Source: Elusimicrobiota bacterium
Lineage (GTDB): Bacteria > Elusimicrobiota > Elusimicrobia > UBA1565
Assembly: GCA_043819795.1 (NCBI GenBank)
Contig: JBDREN010000205.1
Coordinates: 1 to 58,134, forward strand
Direction: 5' to 3'
Length of the DNA: 58,134 nucleotides
Shown one piece after another: positions 58,121 through 58,134 of this stretch; the first letter of the stretch is position 1, and every line of letters begins with the position of its first letter. The notes beneath the pieces are model-generated. The model was not told where the DNA came from and searched no databases. It worked only from the letters and a program-made list of their open reading frames with translations. Both the position numbers and the translations under genes were made by a program.

Positions 58121-58134
58121 CCCGGCACGCGCTT

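Overview
High-GC (roughly 68-70% by eye), gene-dense bacterial chromosomal segment; I could not support any tRNA, rRNA, CRISPR array, transposase or integrase. Left to right: (1) a minus-strand PUFA-synthase-like iterative PKS cluster, pfaD-like > pfaA-like (KS-AT-ACP-KR-DH, only one ACP) > pfaBC-like (KS-CLF-AT, running off the left edge and missing from the ORF track), with a divergent TetR regulator and Sfp-type PPTase. (2) A NapH-like polyferredoxin and a converging porin-nrfH-nrfA nitrite ammonification unit. (3) A strongly promoted operon of two different AOTCase/YgeW-like carbamoyltransferases plus carbamate kinase, with no deiminase or antiporter. (4) A signalling block: response regulators, two histidine kinases with atypical motifs, a receptor-topology Ser/Thr kinase, FlgO-vWA and HEAT proteins, and TldD with a PrcB-like gene. 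(5) A minus-strand run of NUDIX, cNMP/pseudo-P-loop/patatin, LolA-like, MMPL-cNMP and outer-membrane barrel genes. (6) Housekeeping genes: dnaE, pfk, TolC, patatin, TPR lipoprotein, dapF, dapA, Mut7-C and a DUF1232-DnaJ fusion. The best candidates for an undescribed system are the twin-carbamoyltransferase/carbamate kinase operon, the cyclic-nucleotide-tagged lipid export/lipase module and the single-ACP pfa-like cluster. Gene style loosely suggests a free-living Elusimicrobiota-like diderm, but that is untested inference. All calls are by-eye motif recognition; no database searches were run.
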